Shown in pieces: positions 1 through 9,117 of a DNA stretch of 64,000 nt. Every line of letters begins with the position of its first letter. Positions within the stretch are counted from its first letter, which is position 1. The stretch lies in the NCBI GenBank assembly GCA_013378375.1, contig JACAFT010000001.1:8890-72889 (forward strand), written 5' to 3'. The DNA comes from Nitrososphaerota archaeon. Its GTDB lineage: Archaea; Thermoproteota; Nitrososphaeria; Nitrososphaerales; UBA57. Made by a program: the position numbers and the translations under genes. The notes beneath the pieces are model-generated. The model did not search any database and was not told the origin of the DNA. It saw only the letters and a list, made by a program, of their open reading frames with translations.

Positions 1-667
1 AGAAATCTCTTCTACTTTGAATTCATGTATTTCCAGTGATTCTGAGTGGATATTGCTTTCAGGAGGTCTTGGTCCTACATATGATGATATGACTTTATCT
101 TGTGTAAGTTCTACTTTGAATTTACCTCTAAAAATTAATCCATTGGCGTTAGAAATGATTATTCAACGTTATGAACTTCTTGTCGAACAGAAAATTATTC
201 AATCATTTGTTCTTACTGAAAGTAGAAAAAAGATGGCTACTATGCCTTTTGGATCTATTCCTTTACGAAATCGTGTTGGAACTGCTCCTGGAATTTTAAT
301 TAAATATAATAATAACAACATTGTATGTTTGCCTGGAGTTCCTGATGAGATGGAAAATATTTTAATTCACGAGGTATTTCCTCTGTTGGATAAAAAACTC
401 CTTAATCTTAATATGACAAAAACTATTTTTATTAATGGCATAAGTGAATCTGAACTTGCCCCTATAGTTAATGAATTAGTATTAAAGAATCAAGACGTAT
501 ATATTAAATCACATCCTCGTGGTATTAATGAAGGAGTATATTCTATTGAAGTTGTTGTATCTGTTAAATCTATTAATAATTCTAATTCTTCTACAAAACT
601 TAATTCAATCATGAATCAATTAATCTCTACTTTAAAATTAATTGATGGTATTGTAATTACTGAATGA
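1..667 (+). CDS. CinA-like / MoaB-MogA fold (MoCF biosynthesis domain) protein, 5' end cut by the window edge
   Basis: The reading frame is open to nt 2. The motif LLSGGLGPTYDDMT matches the GGLGPTxDD core of CinA N-terminal / MogA-type domains, which normally lies about 60 aa into the protein, so the true start is upstream of the window. Confidence 0.7.
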   Translation, partial: EISSTLNSCISSDSEWILLSGGLGPTYDDMTLSCVSSTLNLPLKINPLALEMIIQRYELLVEQKIIQSFVLTESRKKMATMPFGSIPLRNRVGTAPGILIKYNNNNIVCLPGVPDEMENILIHEVFPLLDKKLLNLNMTKTIFINGISESELAPIVNELVLKNQDVYIKSHPRGINEGVYSIEVVVSVKSINNSNSSTKLNSIMNQLISTLKLIDGIVITE

Positions 668-669
668 AA

Positions 670-888
670 TTATTTTTTCTTTTTATCTGACAGCCACCAC
701 TGCAGATAATCATTTCCTCTTTGTGAATTTTTATCATAATCATCGTATTTTTTATCTCTTATTTTATCTCTTAAATTTACTAATTCATCACGACTTGTAA
801 ATAAACCACAATTTTTACATGCCATTTTTCTTGTTGAATAATCAAAATTCATATCATGCTCACATTCCGGACATTTTGTCGTTGGCAT
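670..888 (-). CDS. small zinc-ribbon protein (CPEC...CKNC), function unknown
   Basis: 72-aa ORF with two CxxC pairs followed by a charged tail. It fits tightly between neighbouring genes. I do not recognise the family. Confidence 0.55.
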   Translation of the reverse strand: MPTTKCPECEHDMNFDYSTRKMACKNCGLFTSRDELVNLRDKIRDKKYDDYDKNSQRGNDYLQWWLSDKKKK

Positions 889-1058
889 TAGTTTATCAAA
901 ATAAAGTCTCTATATATAAAACTGATTGATTTTCTAAATTTATTTTATACGAGTTTTATTAATCTACAAATTTCTAGTTTTTTTTGATAATTTTGTTTAA
1001 TTGTCAAGTTTATATGATTAATACTGTACAAAAGTAACATTAATATACTATTAATTGA

Positions 1059-2264
1059 ATGGATTTTCCTATGGAACCTGGTAACATTACTTGGCTACTA
1101 GTGGCTTCGGCCTTAGTTATGCTCATGACACCTGGTCTTGCATTTTTTTATGGTGGACTGGTTCGAGCAAAAAACGTTATAAATATTATGATGCAATGTT
1201 TTGCTATTTTAGCAATAATTAGCATTACATGGATCCTCTGGGGATATTCTTTAGCTTTCGCTCCATCTGTTGCAGGGCTTGGTTTTGTAGGAGGTCTGGC
1301 TCATATTGGACTTAAAGGTGTGACTGGTGCGGAATCTCAGACATTTATGGTCTTTCAAATGATGTTTGCAATAATTACCCCTGCACTGATTGTTGGCGCT
1401 ATTGCCGATAGATTCAAATTTACAACTCTTATTGTATTTGTTGTTTTATGGTCTACGATTGTATATTCTCCAATTGCACATTGGGTATGGGCTGGAGATG
1501 GATGGCTATTTAATATGGGTGCTCTCGACTTTGCAGGAGGAACTGTAGTTCATATATCATCTGGTATGTCTGCTCTTGTTGCCGCTATTTTAGTTGGTGC
1601 ACGAAAAGGAAAATCAGCTACTATGAAACCACATAATATTCCATTTGTATTATTAGGAACTGCATTACTATGGTTTGGATGGTTTGGATTTAATGCTGGA
1701 AGCGCATTAGCTGCTAACGATCAAGCTGTTAATGCATTTATTGTTACTAATACATCTGCTGCTGCAGGTGCATTAATGATGATGATTTTAAGTATGCGTT
1801 CAACAGGAAAACCTAGTGCTATAATGACTGCTACTGGTGCTGTTGCAGGTTTAGTTGCAATTACTCCTGCTTCTGGCTTTGTAGGTCCTCTTGCTGCTAT
1901 TATTATAGGAGCTGGTGTTGGATTGGTCTCATGGTTTGCAATTGAATTCAAAAATTCACGTGGCTGGGACGATTCATTAGATGTTTGGGCAGTCCATGGT
2001 ATGGGTGGTGTTTGGGGCGCCATTGCTACAGGACTATTTGCATCAGCAGCTATTGGCGGTACTGACGGAGTATTTATGGGAGGATCTATTTCTGTACTTA
2101 CTACGCAAATCATTGCTATTGCTGTTACTGCTGGTTATGCCATTGCAGTAACTATAGCCCTCTTGAAAATTCTAGATGCAACACTCGGACTACGTGTTTC
2201 ATCTTCTGACGAAGAGGCTGGAATGGATAAAACCGTTCATGCTGAAGAAGCATATCTGTCATAA
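1059..2264 (+). CDS. amt: ammonium transporter (Amt/MEP/Rh family)
   Basis: 401 aa and polytopic. Amt signatures AFFYGGLV, DFAGGTVVH, WFGWFGFNAGS and VHGMGGVWG are present. ATG start, preceded by an AT-rich 170-nt promoter region. Confidence 0.95.
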   Translation: MDFPMEPGNITWLLVASALVMLMTPGLAFFYGGLVRAKNVINIMMQCFAILAIISITWILWGYSLAFAPSVAGLGFVGGLAHIGLKGVTGAESQTFMVFQMMFAIITPALIVGAIADRFKFTTLIVFVVLWSTIVYSPIAHWVWAGDGWLFNMGALDFAGGTVVHISSGMSALVAAILVGARKGKSATMKPHNIPFVLLGTALLWFGWFGFNAGSALAANDQAVNAFIVTNTSAAAGALMMMILSMRSTGKPSAIMTATGAVAGLVAITPASGFVGPLAAIIIGAGVGLVSWFAIEFKNSRGWDDSLDVWAVHGMGGVWGAIATGLFASAAIGGTDGVFMGGSISVLTTQIIAIAVTAGYAIAVTIALLKILDATLGLRVSSSDEEAGMDKTVHAEEAYLS

Positions 2265-2274
2265 ACAATATTGA

Positions 2275-2314
2275 AAAATCAATCAGGAAATCCTGATTGA
2301 TTTTAAATTTTTTT
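2275..2314 (+). terminator. perfect 13-bp hairpin plus oligo-T tract directly after amt
   Basis: AAAATCAATCAGG (2275-2287) pairs perfectly with CCTGATTGATTTT (2292-2304) around a 4-nt loop. This is followed by TTTT and a T7 run (2308-2314). It begins 11 nt after the amt stop codon. Confidence 0.6.
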
Positions 2315-2380
2315 CATAATATATGGTTATTAACTAATAATTACAAATTATTGTTGATACTGTTGCCTGAATGGATTGTA

Positions 2381-3250
2381 ATGTCCGGACCCTCTTCTAC
2401 GAATTTATCTGCTACTTTAGCTAAATCTCTTAATTATGAATTACATGAGGTTGAAACTAAATCATTTCCTGACGGAGAAAAAAAAATTCGTATAAACGAA
2501 GATGTTCAAGGAAAGAATATAATTTTTGTTCAAAGTCTTTATCCTCCTGTTGATCATCATGTTATGCAATTTTTATTGACCGTTTATAAATTGAGTCAAA
2601 TGGGTTCAAAAGTTTATGCTTGTGTGCCATATTTGGCATATGCACGTCAAGATCTTGAATTTCAACGTGGAGAAACAGCTAGTCTTGCTGTAATTTCAAG
2701 ATTATTTAGATCAATTGGTGTAAATTCTCTCCTTACTGTTGATATACACAGCACTCATGGTCTTGGATATTTTTCATTTCCTACTTTTAGTGTTTCTGCA
2801 ATGCCATTACTTGCTAACTATGTTTCTAATAATATTAAATTAAATTCTCCTCTTGCTGTATCTCCAGATTTTGGCGGATCATCTCGAGTTGAAGCATTTT
2901 CAAAATTATTGAATATTGATTATATCTCATTAAAAAAATCACGTAGTCGTACAACTGGAGAAGTTGTAATGGAAGATAGTAATGTGGAAGTTGCTGGTCG
3001 TGATATTATATTAGTTGATGATATGATTAGTACTGGAACAAGTATTGTAAGAGCTGCTAATTATCTTCATAAACTTAATTCTGGAAAAATTATTACATTA
3101 TGCACGCATGCATTGATGGTCAATAATGCATCTGATGTAATTAAAGAAGCCGGAGTTGAAACTGTAATAGCTACAAATACTATTCCTAGTGATGTGAGTA
3201 AAGTTGACGTTACAAAAATTATTGCCGAACATTATAAATCAATACAATAA
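2381..3250 (+). CDS. prs: ribose-phosphate pyrophosphokinase (PRPP synthetase)
   Basis: FPDGE near the N-terminus, VDIHS, and the PRPP-binding loop ILVDDMISTGTS. I moved the start to ATG 2381 because the track start at 2297 lies inside the amt terminator hairpin. Confidence 0.9.
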   Translation: MSGPSSTNLSATLAKSLNYELHEVETKSFPDGEKKIRINEDVQGKNIIFVQSLYPPVDHHVMQFLLTVYKLSQMGSKVYACVPYLAYARQDLEFQRGETASLAVISRLFRSIGVNSLLTVDIHSTHGLGYFSFPTFSVSAMPLLANYVSNNIKLNSPLAVSPDFGGSSRVEAFSKLLNIDYISLKKSRSRTTGEVVMEDSNVEVAGRDIILVDDMISTGTSIVRAANYLHKLNSGKIITLCTHALMVNNASDVIKEAGVETVIATNTIPSDVSKVDVTKIIAEHYKSIQ

Positions 3251-4265
3251 TTCTACACTTGTATTGTTCATATTTTCAGGTGATTTTCCTCAAATTGGTA
3301 AAAGTGAACTAAATGCACTATTAGAATCAAATAATATATCTTATACCATTGTTAAAGAAAATTTTCGTATTATGATTCTATCATTTAATTATTACAGAAA
3401 TTCTTTTAACGATATATTTAGTAGGATTGCATATTGTAATTATTTTGGTATTTTATTATTTTATTATCAAATCGATAATGAAAATTTTTGTACGCTAGAT
3501 AATTCTCACGACTATATTAAAAATATTAAAACATTTTCAGTTAAAAAAATTAATAATGTAAAAAAAATTAATATTAAATTTGAAAGTCTTATTGGATCAT
3601 TAGTAAAAAAATCATTTCCATCTTTGAATGTTTGTTTAGATAATCCTGATATGTATCTTTTTATTTGTGAATTTGATGATCTGTTGTTAGTTTTTTCCAA
3701 ATCTGACAGATACGATTTACCTCGCTGGCAGAATCGAAGACCTAGAGCTAGACCATTTTTTCGTCCATTTTCTGTTTATCCAAAACTCTCTAGGGCCCTG
3801 ATAAATTTATGTAGATTAAATTCCGGACAAACTATTCTTGATCCATTTTGTGGTACTGGAAGTTTTGGTATTGAAGCATCTCTTATGAATATTAATTTTA
3901 TCGGAATAGATATTTCTCATAAAATTTGCATTGGTTCTCAAAAGAATTTTACACATTATGAATTATCTAATTGTCATAATATAAATTCTGATTCTCTCTA
4001 TTTGCCTGTCAATGAAGTTGATGGAATTGTTACTGATTTTCCATATGGTAGAAGTAGTATTAAGAAATTTACTGATACGAGTAAATTTCAAAGTGATTTT
4101 TTTAATGAAATTTCACCTATTTTAAAAAGTCATTCATATTTTGTTTATATGCTTCCTAAGAATTGGATTAATTTTACACATTCTGATTTTGAACTAGTAG
4201 ACCAACATGAAATATATATTCATAAAAAGCTTACTCGTTTGATTAATGTAGTAAAAAAACGTTGA
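3204..4265 (+). CDS. THUMP-domain tRNA (guanine-N2)-methyltransferase, Trm11/TrmG10-like
   Basis: Class I SAM-methyltransferase motif DPFCGTGSFGIE and catalytic DFPYG lie downstream of a THUMP-like N-terminal region (LFIFSGDFPQIGKSELNALL). The start is uncertain: TTG 3204 overlaps prs by 47 nt, and TTG 3264 is an alternative. Confidence 0.75.
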   Translation: MTLQKLLPNIINQYNNSTLVLFIFSGDFPQIGKSELNALLESNNISYTIVKENFRIMILSFNYYRNSFNDIFSRIAYCNYFGILLFYYQIDNENFCTLDNSHDYIKNIKTFSVKKINNVKKINIKFESLIGSLVKKSFPSLNVCLDNPDMYLFICEFDDLLLVFSKSDRYDLPRWQNRRPRARPFFRPFSVYPKLSRALINLCRLNSGQTILDPFCGTGSFGIEASLMNINFIGIDISHKICIGSQKNFTHYELSNCHNINSDSLYLPVNEVDGIVTDFPYGRSSIKKFTDTSKFQSDFFNEISPILKSHSYFVYMLPKNWINFTHSDFELVDQHEIYIHKKLTRLINVVKKR

Positions 4266-4302
4266 ATATTTATTATTCAACACGATAATATACTATAATA
4301 TT

Positions 4303-5265
4303 ATGTCTGATTTGAAAATTCTATTTCTTGGTACTGCTGGAGCAATTCCTACTACTAAACGTAATCTCATATCCAGTTTAATTATACGGGATGGGGAGTT
4401 ATTTATTTTTGATATTGGCGAAGGAATGCAACAATCTATGATGAAATGTAAAGTTGGAATGAATAGAAAAACATCTATATTTATCTCACATTTACATGGC
4501 GATCATATTCTTGGAATACTTGGATTGATTCAGAGTATGTCTCTTTTGTTACGTGATAAACCTCTTTATATTTATGGACCTAAAGGACTTTCTAAATTTA
4601 TTCGGAGTAATATTAAAATTTTAAACTTATCTTTAAATTTTAAATTTATTATTCGAGAAATTGATTCTGGTTTAATTGTTAAAGAAAATGATTATAAAAT
4701 TTATGCAAAAAAAGGTAAACATTCTATTACTAATTATTCTTACATCTTTGTTGAATCTGATCGCCCTGGAAAATTTCATATTTCCAAAGTAAAAAAATTA
4801 GGTATTCCTGAAGGAACTAAATGGTCTAGCTTACAACGAGGTAAGTCTATTCAATTCAAAGGAAAAACAATTAATTCATCACAAGTATTGGGTAAACCAA
4901 GACCTGGTAGAAAAATTGGCATATCCGGGGATACTCGACCTACAAAACAATTAACTCGATTTTTTTCTAATTGCGATGTTTTAATTCATGAATCGACATT
5001 TTCTAAAGAAGATAAAGATCTTGCAAAAGATAGATTTCATAGTACATCTGTCGAAGCTGCAATTGTGGCAAAAAATTCTAATTCAAATCTATTACTTATG
5101 ACTCACTTTAGCTCCAGATATGTAGACTTAAAACTACTTGAAAAGCAAGCCCGTTCTGTGCATAAGAATGCGGTAGCTGCCGTGGATTTTTTATCATTTT
5201 ATCTACCTTATCCTGATGAAAAAAAACTTACAAGACTTCATGTTTTGGAGCAAACCAATCGATAA
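4303..5265 (+). CDS. rnz: ribonuclease Z (tRNA 3' endonuclease)
   Basis: Metallo-beta-lactamase HxHxDH motif (HLHGDH) and N-terminal LGTAGAIPT. The 320-aa length fits short-form RNase Z. Confidence 0.9.
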   Translation: MSDLKILFLGTAGAIPTTKRNLISSLIIRDGELFIFDIGEGMQQSMMKCKVGMNRKTSIFISHLHGDHILGILGLIQSMSLLLRDKPLYIYGPKGLSKFIRSNIKILNLSLNFKFIIREIDSGLIVKENDYKIYAKKGKHSITNYSYIFVESDRPGKFHISKVKKLGIPEGTKWSSLQRGKSIQFKGKTINSSQVLGKPRPGRKIGISGDTRPTKQLTRFFSNCDVLIHESTFSKEDKDLAKDRFHSTSVEAAIVAKNSNSNLLLMTHFSSRYVDLKLLEKQARSVHKNAVAAVDFLSFYLPYPDEKKLTRLHVLEQTNR

Positions 5266-5632
5266 ATTTAGAGATATTGTCTGAGTGTATTTCAACTTTT
5301 ATTGGACCTAGCGGTGATTCATTTTCATTTTCACATATAACTAAAGAATTAATCATTGCTGCTTGTTTATTGAATAATATATAAGTGGAATTATTTTTTA
5401 CATTTTTTAAGAGATTTTTTCTTGCTATATGAATAGATTGTTTTGATAAAAGTATTTTATATATATTTTCTAGTAATTTATAATCTGAAGTTTCTGCTTT
5501 AATAGTATTATTTGCAGTATTATAATCTAATTCTATTATATTTGATAAAGCTATGAATATTTTATTTTTATCTTCAGAATTATTTTTTTTTGTATGTATT
5601 GCTATCCTTATTTTATTATTAAATTGTTGCAA
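5228..5632 (-). CDS. DUF54 / COG1931 predicted RNA-binding protein (exosome-neighbourhood family)
   Basis: The C-terminal segment ESPLGPIKVEI...FIDWFAPK closely resembles the conserved C-terminus of DUF54 proteins as I recall them (Pyrococcus PH1010 type). It is paired with a UPF0200-like kinase gene, as in many archaea. Confidence 0.7.
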   Translation of the reverse strand: MQQFNNKIRIAIHTKKNNSEDKNKIFIALSNIIELDYNTANNTIKAETSDYKLLENIYKILLSKQSIHIARKNLLKNVKNNSTYILFNKQAAMINSLVICENENESPLGPIKVEIHSDNISKFIDWFAPKHEVL

Positions 5633-5637
5633 TTTTA

Positions 5638-6198
5638 TTACTCTCTAATTAATCTTAATAAAATCTTTTTAGATTTGTCGATGAATTCTTTTTCTGTCAA
5701 ATTTATATTAGACACTGTTATATCTGCTGAATTAATAATACTATTTAATCCTATCTTTAATTCTTTTTTGTCTCTTTCATTAAATGATTTATAATTAATT
5801 GGCGCATCACTTCTTGCTCGTTTTTGTAAAAATTTAATTCTTTGTTCAGTTGTACTCTCAATTAAAATTATTGATACATTGCCTATTTTTTTAAATAATT
5901 TTATTTCTTCTTTATTTCTTATTCCGTCAATTATTATGTTATAATTTTTTGTTAATTGTATTTCATTTAAACATAATTTTGCTACAATATCTTTTCCTTC
6001 TTTTTCTCTTAATTCTATCATTAATTTTGATAAGGTTTCGGCATTATTACTTAATCCTCTTTTTTTTGCTTGATTTCTTATTTGATCTCCCATGACTATT
6101 ATTTTATATCCAATTGTTTCTCCTACTTTACAGAATATGGATTTTCCTGAACCAGGTAATCCTGTTACACATATTATTGTTTTATTATTTTTCATCAA
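5638..6198 (-). CDS. P-loop nucleotide kinase, UPF0200 / dephospho-CoA-kinase-like family
   Basis: Walker A VTGLPGSGKS. The N-terminal region resembles archaeal UPF0200 proteins. It lies immediately upstream of the DUF54 gene on the same strand. Confidence 0.7.
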   Translation of the reverse strand: MMKNNKTIICVTGLPGSGKSIFCKVGETIGYKIIVMGDQIRNQAKKRGLSNNAETLSKLMIELREKEGKDIVAKLCLNEIQLTKNYNIIIDGIRNKEEIKLFKKIGNVSIILIESTTEQRIKFLQKRARSDAPINYKSFNERDKKELKIGLNSIINSADITVSNINLTEKEFIDKSKKILLRLIRE

Positions 6199-6282
6199 TA
6201 CTGTCTATTTTTCTATTATTTATGGACCTAAAAAAATTTTTATGATGAATATTAAAATATGTATGTAGTAATTAATCAAATT

Positions 6283-6843
6283 ATGCGTACTTTCATTTCA
6301 CTTGATGTAAATGATTCCAATATTATTGAGAATGTCCTTAATTTTCATGATATTGTTTCTGATTTTCATTCTTCTATGAGGCTTGTAAATCCTAATCAAC
6401 TTCATTTTACTCTAAAATTTCTTGGTGATGTGAGTTCTGATAGAATTCAAAAAATTTCTAATTTATTATCTGAAATAAATACTAAAAAATTTTCTGCGAC
6501 CTTTAATTCGATTGGCGTATTTCCTAATTATAATACATTATCAATTATTTGGATGGGTGTTGATAATAATTCTGTTAAATTTATTGACTCTCTCTCAAAT
6601 AATGTAAATACTGCTCTTTGTGCTTTGTATAAATTTGACGATATAAAATTTATACCGCATGTTACTTTATGTCGACTTAAGAATTTAAAAAATAAATCAA
6701 AACTTGTTTCTTTGCTTAAGAATAATTCTGATTTAATTTTTGGAACACAGGAATTTCATAATTTTTCATTAAAAAGTAGTAAATTAACTGATAAAGGACC
6801 TCTTTATACAACATTATCTAATTTCAAATTTCATGATGTGTGA
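6283..6843 (+). CDS. thpR: RNA 2',3'-cyclic phosphodiesterase (2H phosphoesterase, LigT/ThpR)
   Basis: Two HxTx motifs are present (HFTLKF and HVTLCR). MRTFISL is a typical N-terminus. The track start at 6259 is also possible. Confidence 0.85.
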   Translation: MRTFISLDVNDSNIIENVLNFHDIVSDFHSSMRLVNPNQLHFTLKFLGDVSSDRIQKISNLLSEINTKKFSATFNSIGVFPNYNTLSIIWMGVDNNSVKFIDSLSNNVNTALCALYKFDDIKFIPHVTLCRLKNLKNKSKLVSLLKNNSDLIFGTQEFHNFSLKSSKLTDKGPLYTTLSNFKFHDV

Positions 6844-8213
6844 AGTATTTGAAATTAAAATCTGTGACTAACTTAGCAATAAAAAGTTGCAAACCTTCGA
6901 TCATTTACCAGCGTAAGTTGAATGCTCTATCTAGTGAAATCATTAATAATTTAAAGAAAAATTCTTCTGACTTTCCTGTAACAAATATTTCCTTAGCTGG
7001 TTCAATTGCTAAAGGAACTTGGTTACCAAATCATGCTGATGTTGATATATTTGTTAAACTAGATAAAAATTCAACACGTCAACAATTAGAAAAATCACTT
7101 GAAATTGGTAAAATAACATTACAAAAATATAAATGGTATTTGAGATATTCTGAACATCCGTATATTGAAGCTCTTATTCCATTCGAAAATTCAGAAATTA
7201 AAGTTAATGTCGTCTCATGTTTTGATGTAAGTCCTTCTAATTGGAAAAGTGCTGCTGATAGATCTACTTATCATACTAAATATATCCTTGAAAATTTTAC
7301 ACCTAAAATGAAAGATGAAGTCCGTTTATTAAAGAAATTCTTGATATCAAATAATCTTTATGGGGCTGAAATCAAAGTTCAAGGTTTTAGTGGTTATGTG
7401 TGTGAATTGCTAGTCTTAAAATATAAAACTTTTAATAATATTTTAAAAAATATTTGTAATTTTACTTATGGATCAAGTATTTATTTTAATGAAAATGATT
7501 CCAAATTTGTTAATCTTCATGACACATCTATTATAATATTGGATCCTGTTGATCCACAAAGAAATCTTGGTTCTGCAATTTCTAATGAATCATTAAATAA
7601 ATTTATATTTATATCTACACAGTTTCTAAATAATCCATCTCTGGATTTTTTTAAACCTCCAAAATTAATTATTAATAAAAATTTGGCTGATAATTTATTA
7701 TTAATATATTTTAAACATGATCCTAAGCCAGTTGATATATTATGGGGGCAATTACGTCGTTCTATTAATCATCTTTCAAAATTTATCATAAATAATGATT
7801 TTTCAATTTTTCGTTCTACAATTTCTAGTAATGATAAAAATCAAAGTGGGTTCATATTTTTAATTGATCAAATGAATATTTCTAAAATAAAAATTCATTC
7901 AGGACCTATGATAAATATGATTGATGAATCTATGAATTTCGTTAAAAAAAATCAAAGAAAAAATTTATTATTTTGGCTTAATGAATCGGGACATATTAAT
8001 TCTATTCAAAATCGTAATTATTTTGATTTAAAAAACTTACTTTCTTCTACGGATTCTCAAAGTTCTTTAGGTCTTGCACCTGGACTGAAAAAGGATTTTT
8101 ATAATAATTTTAGACTTTATTCAGGTAAATCTGTCATTTCTTTTTCTTCTAAAAAACCATGGCTATATGATTCTGTTTGTGATTTAATTGGTTTCGAATC
8201 CCATCTTTATTGA
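6840..8213 (+). CDS. cca: archaeal class I CCA-adding tRNA nucleotidyltransferase
   Basis: Motifs GSIAKGTWL, DVDIFV, SEHPY, RSTYHT and GFSGYVCELL are present. The GTG start overlaps the thpR stop (GTGA). Confidence 0.9.
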   Translation: MKYLKLKSVTNLAIKSCKPSIIYQRKLNALSSEIINNLKKNSSDFPVTNISLAGSIAKGTWLPNHADVDIFVKLDKNSTRQQLEKSLEIGKITLQKYKWYLRYSEHPYIEALIPFENSEIKVNVVSCFDVSPSNWKSAADRSTYHTKYILENFTPKMKDEVRLLKKFLISNNLYGAEIKVQGFSGYVCELLVLKYKTFNNILKNICNFTYGSSIYFNENDSKFVNLHDTSIIILDPVDPQRNLGSAISNESLNKFIFISTQFLNNPSLDFFKPPKLIINKNLADNLLLIYFKHDPKPVDILWGQLRRSINHLSKFIINNDFSIFRSTISSNDKNQSGFIFLIDQMNISKIKIHSGPMINMIDESMNFVKKNQRKNLLFWLNESGHINSIQNRNYFDLKNLLSSTDSQSSLGLAPGLKKDFYNNFRLYSGKSVISFSSKKPWLYDSVCDLIGFESHLY

Positions 8214-8949
8214 TCTTTCAAAAATATCTGATTCTGACAGATTATTTGATTTACTTTGTTATCCTATTTATGATCCTAAGACCTTTAATTCTAGATTGAT
8301 CGAATTAGAAACATTAGGAATCAAATCTATTGAATTATCTGGTCCTACTATCCTGAATAATAACAAAATATTGGGGAAAGGAACTCGTGGACTAGTTTTA
8401 AAAGCAAATCTTGGTAATTCTTCTATTGCAGTAAAAATTCGTCGTATTGATTCTCCTCGAATTAATTTAATTTCTGAAGCTAATATTCAATTATTTGCAA
8501 ATAAATTTGGAATTGGTCCACAAATTATTAATTATTCTGATAATTGTATTGCAATGGAATTAATTGAAGGTCAATTATTAATTGATTTTTTTTATAAAAT
8601 GGATTCAGTTAATATTGTTTTAATAAAAAAAACCCTTGAATCATTATTATCTCAATGTTATTTATTGGATCTTCATGGTATCGATCATGGAGAATTGAGC
8701 GATCTTAAGAAACATGTTATAATAAATAATAGAGTTAATATAATTGATTTTGATTCTGCCAGTCTAACAAGAAAACCTTCTAATGTTACATCTTGTGTCC
8801 AATATTTGTTTATTGGTGGACCTCCATCTGGTCTATTACAAAATATTTTCTCCATAGACAGAGAGAAATTAATAATTACTTTAAAAAATTACAAAAGAAC
8901 TCCTAACTATCTTAATTTTATTCGGATTATCAATTTATTGAAACTATAA
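8188..8949 (+). CDS. predicted Ser/Thr protein kinase (COG2112-like, RIO/Bud32-related fold)
   Basis: Glycine loop LGKGTRG, lysine in AVKIRR, catalytic loop HGIDHGELS, and IDFDSA. The TTG start overlaps the cca 3' end by 26 nt. Confidence 0.7.
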   Translation: MVSNPIFIDLSKISDSDRLFDLLCYPIYDPKTFNSRLIELETLGIKSIELSGPTILNNNKILGKGTRGLVLKANLGNSSIAVKIRRIDSPRINLISEANIQLFANKFGIGPQIINYSDNCIAMELIEGQLLIDFFYKMDSVNIVLIKKTLESLLSQCYLLDLHGIDHGELSDLKKHVIINNRVNIIDFDSASLTRKPSNVTSCVQYLFIGGPPSGLLQNIFSIDREKLIITLKNYKRTPNYLNFIRIINLLKL

Positions 8950-8980
8950 TAAATACTTCTTAATTCTTATGAAATTATGT

Positions 8981-9117
8981 GGGGCCGTAGTCTAGTTATC
9001 TAGGAATTCTTTCTAGTTAGGAAAACTTGGTCCAAGATGCCAGAATATGTAAATATAGCTAACCTGGGGACCTTGTCAGAATGCTGGTGATCGCGTGTTC
9101 AAATCACGCCGGCCCCA
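8981..9117 (+). tRNA. intron-rich tRNA gene, best model tRNA-Pro(GGG) with three insertions
   Basis: Perfect acceptor stem GGGGCCG/CGGCCCC with discriminator A. T arm is GCGTG-TTCAAAT-CACGC. The D-arm start is TA-GTCT-AG. The gene is 137 nt, about 62 nt too long for a tRNA. The anticodon loop is reconstructed as CUGGGG(9064-9069)+U9082. See the finding for exon and intron coordinates. Confidence 0.85.

Noticed and set aside
1721-2113. 130-aa ORF antisense to the ammonium transporter gene
   Set aside because: It lies entirely inside the well-supported amt CDS on the opposite strand. Its Pro/Ala-rich translation mirrors the Gly/Ala-rich TM segments. It has no motif and no independent start context.
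2297-2380. N-terminal 28-codon extension of prs given by the ORF track
   Set aside because: The extension starts at TTG inside the 3' arm of the amt terminator hairpin and encodes a hydrophobic non-conserved peptide. The PRPP synthetase homology begins at the ATG at 2381.
6240-6300. ATGATGA at about 6243 considered as a C box of a C/D box sRNA
   Set aside because: There is no CTGA D box or C'/D' pair at a suitable distance. The motif lies in the promoter/5' region of thpR. AT-rich sequence produces such heptamers by chance.
8991-9019. Direct repeat TCTAGTTA (8991-8998 and 9012-9019), and the window in general, checked for CRISPR, IS-element ends or target-site duplications
   Set aside because: The repeat lies inside a tRNA gene insertion. 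It is only 8 nt long and has no associated transposase, integrase or spacer-repeat periodicity. I saw no CRISPR-like array anywhere in the window.
9029-9072. Perfect 5-bp helix GGTCC/GGACC considered as the anticodon stem of the 8981-9117 tRNA
   Set aside because: Every 7-nt loop obtainable between the two strands has A at position 33. No D-stem 3' strand can be placed upstream of it. GGTCC is better assigned to the D loop (G18-G19 region).
9075-9088. Hairpin GTCAG-AATG-CTGGT considered as a class II (Leu/Ser) variable arm of the 8981-9117 tRNA
   Set aside because: No Leu or Ser anticodon can be placed in a loop with U33 and a paired stem. The D arm is not class II-like. The same nucleotides are better explained as the 3' part of a canonical-position BHB intron plus the 3' anticodon-stem strand.
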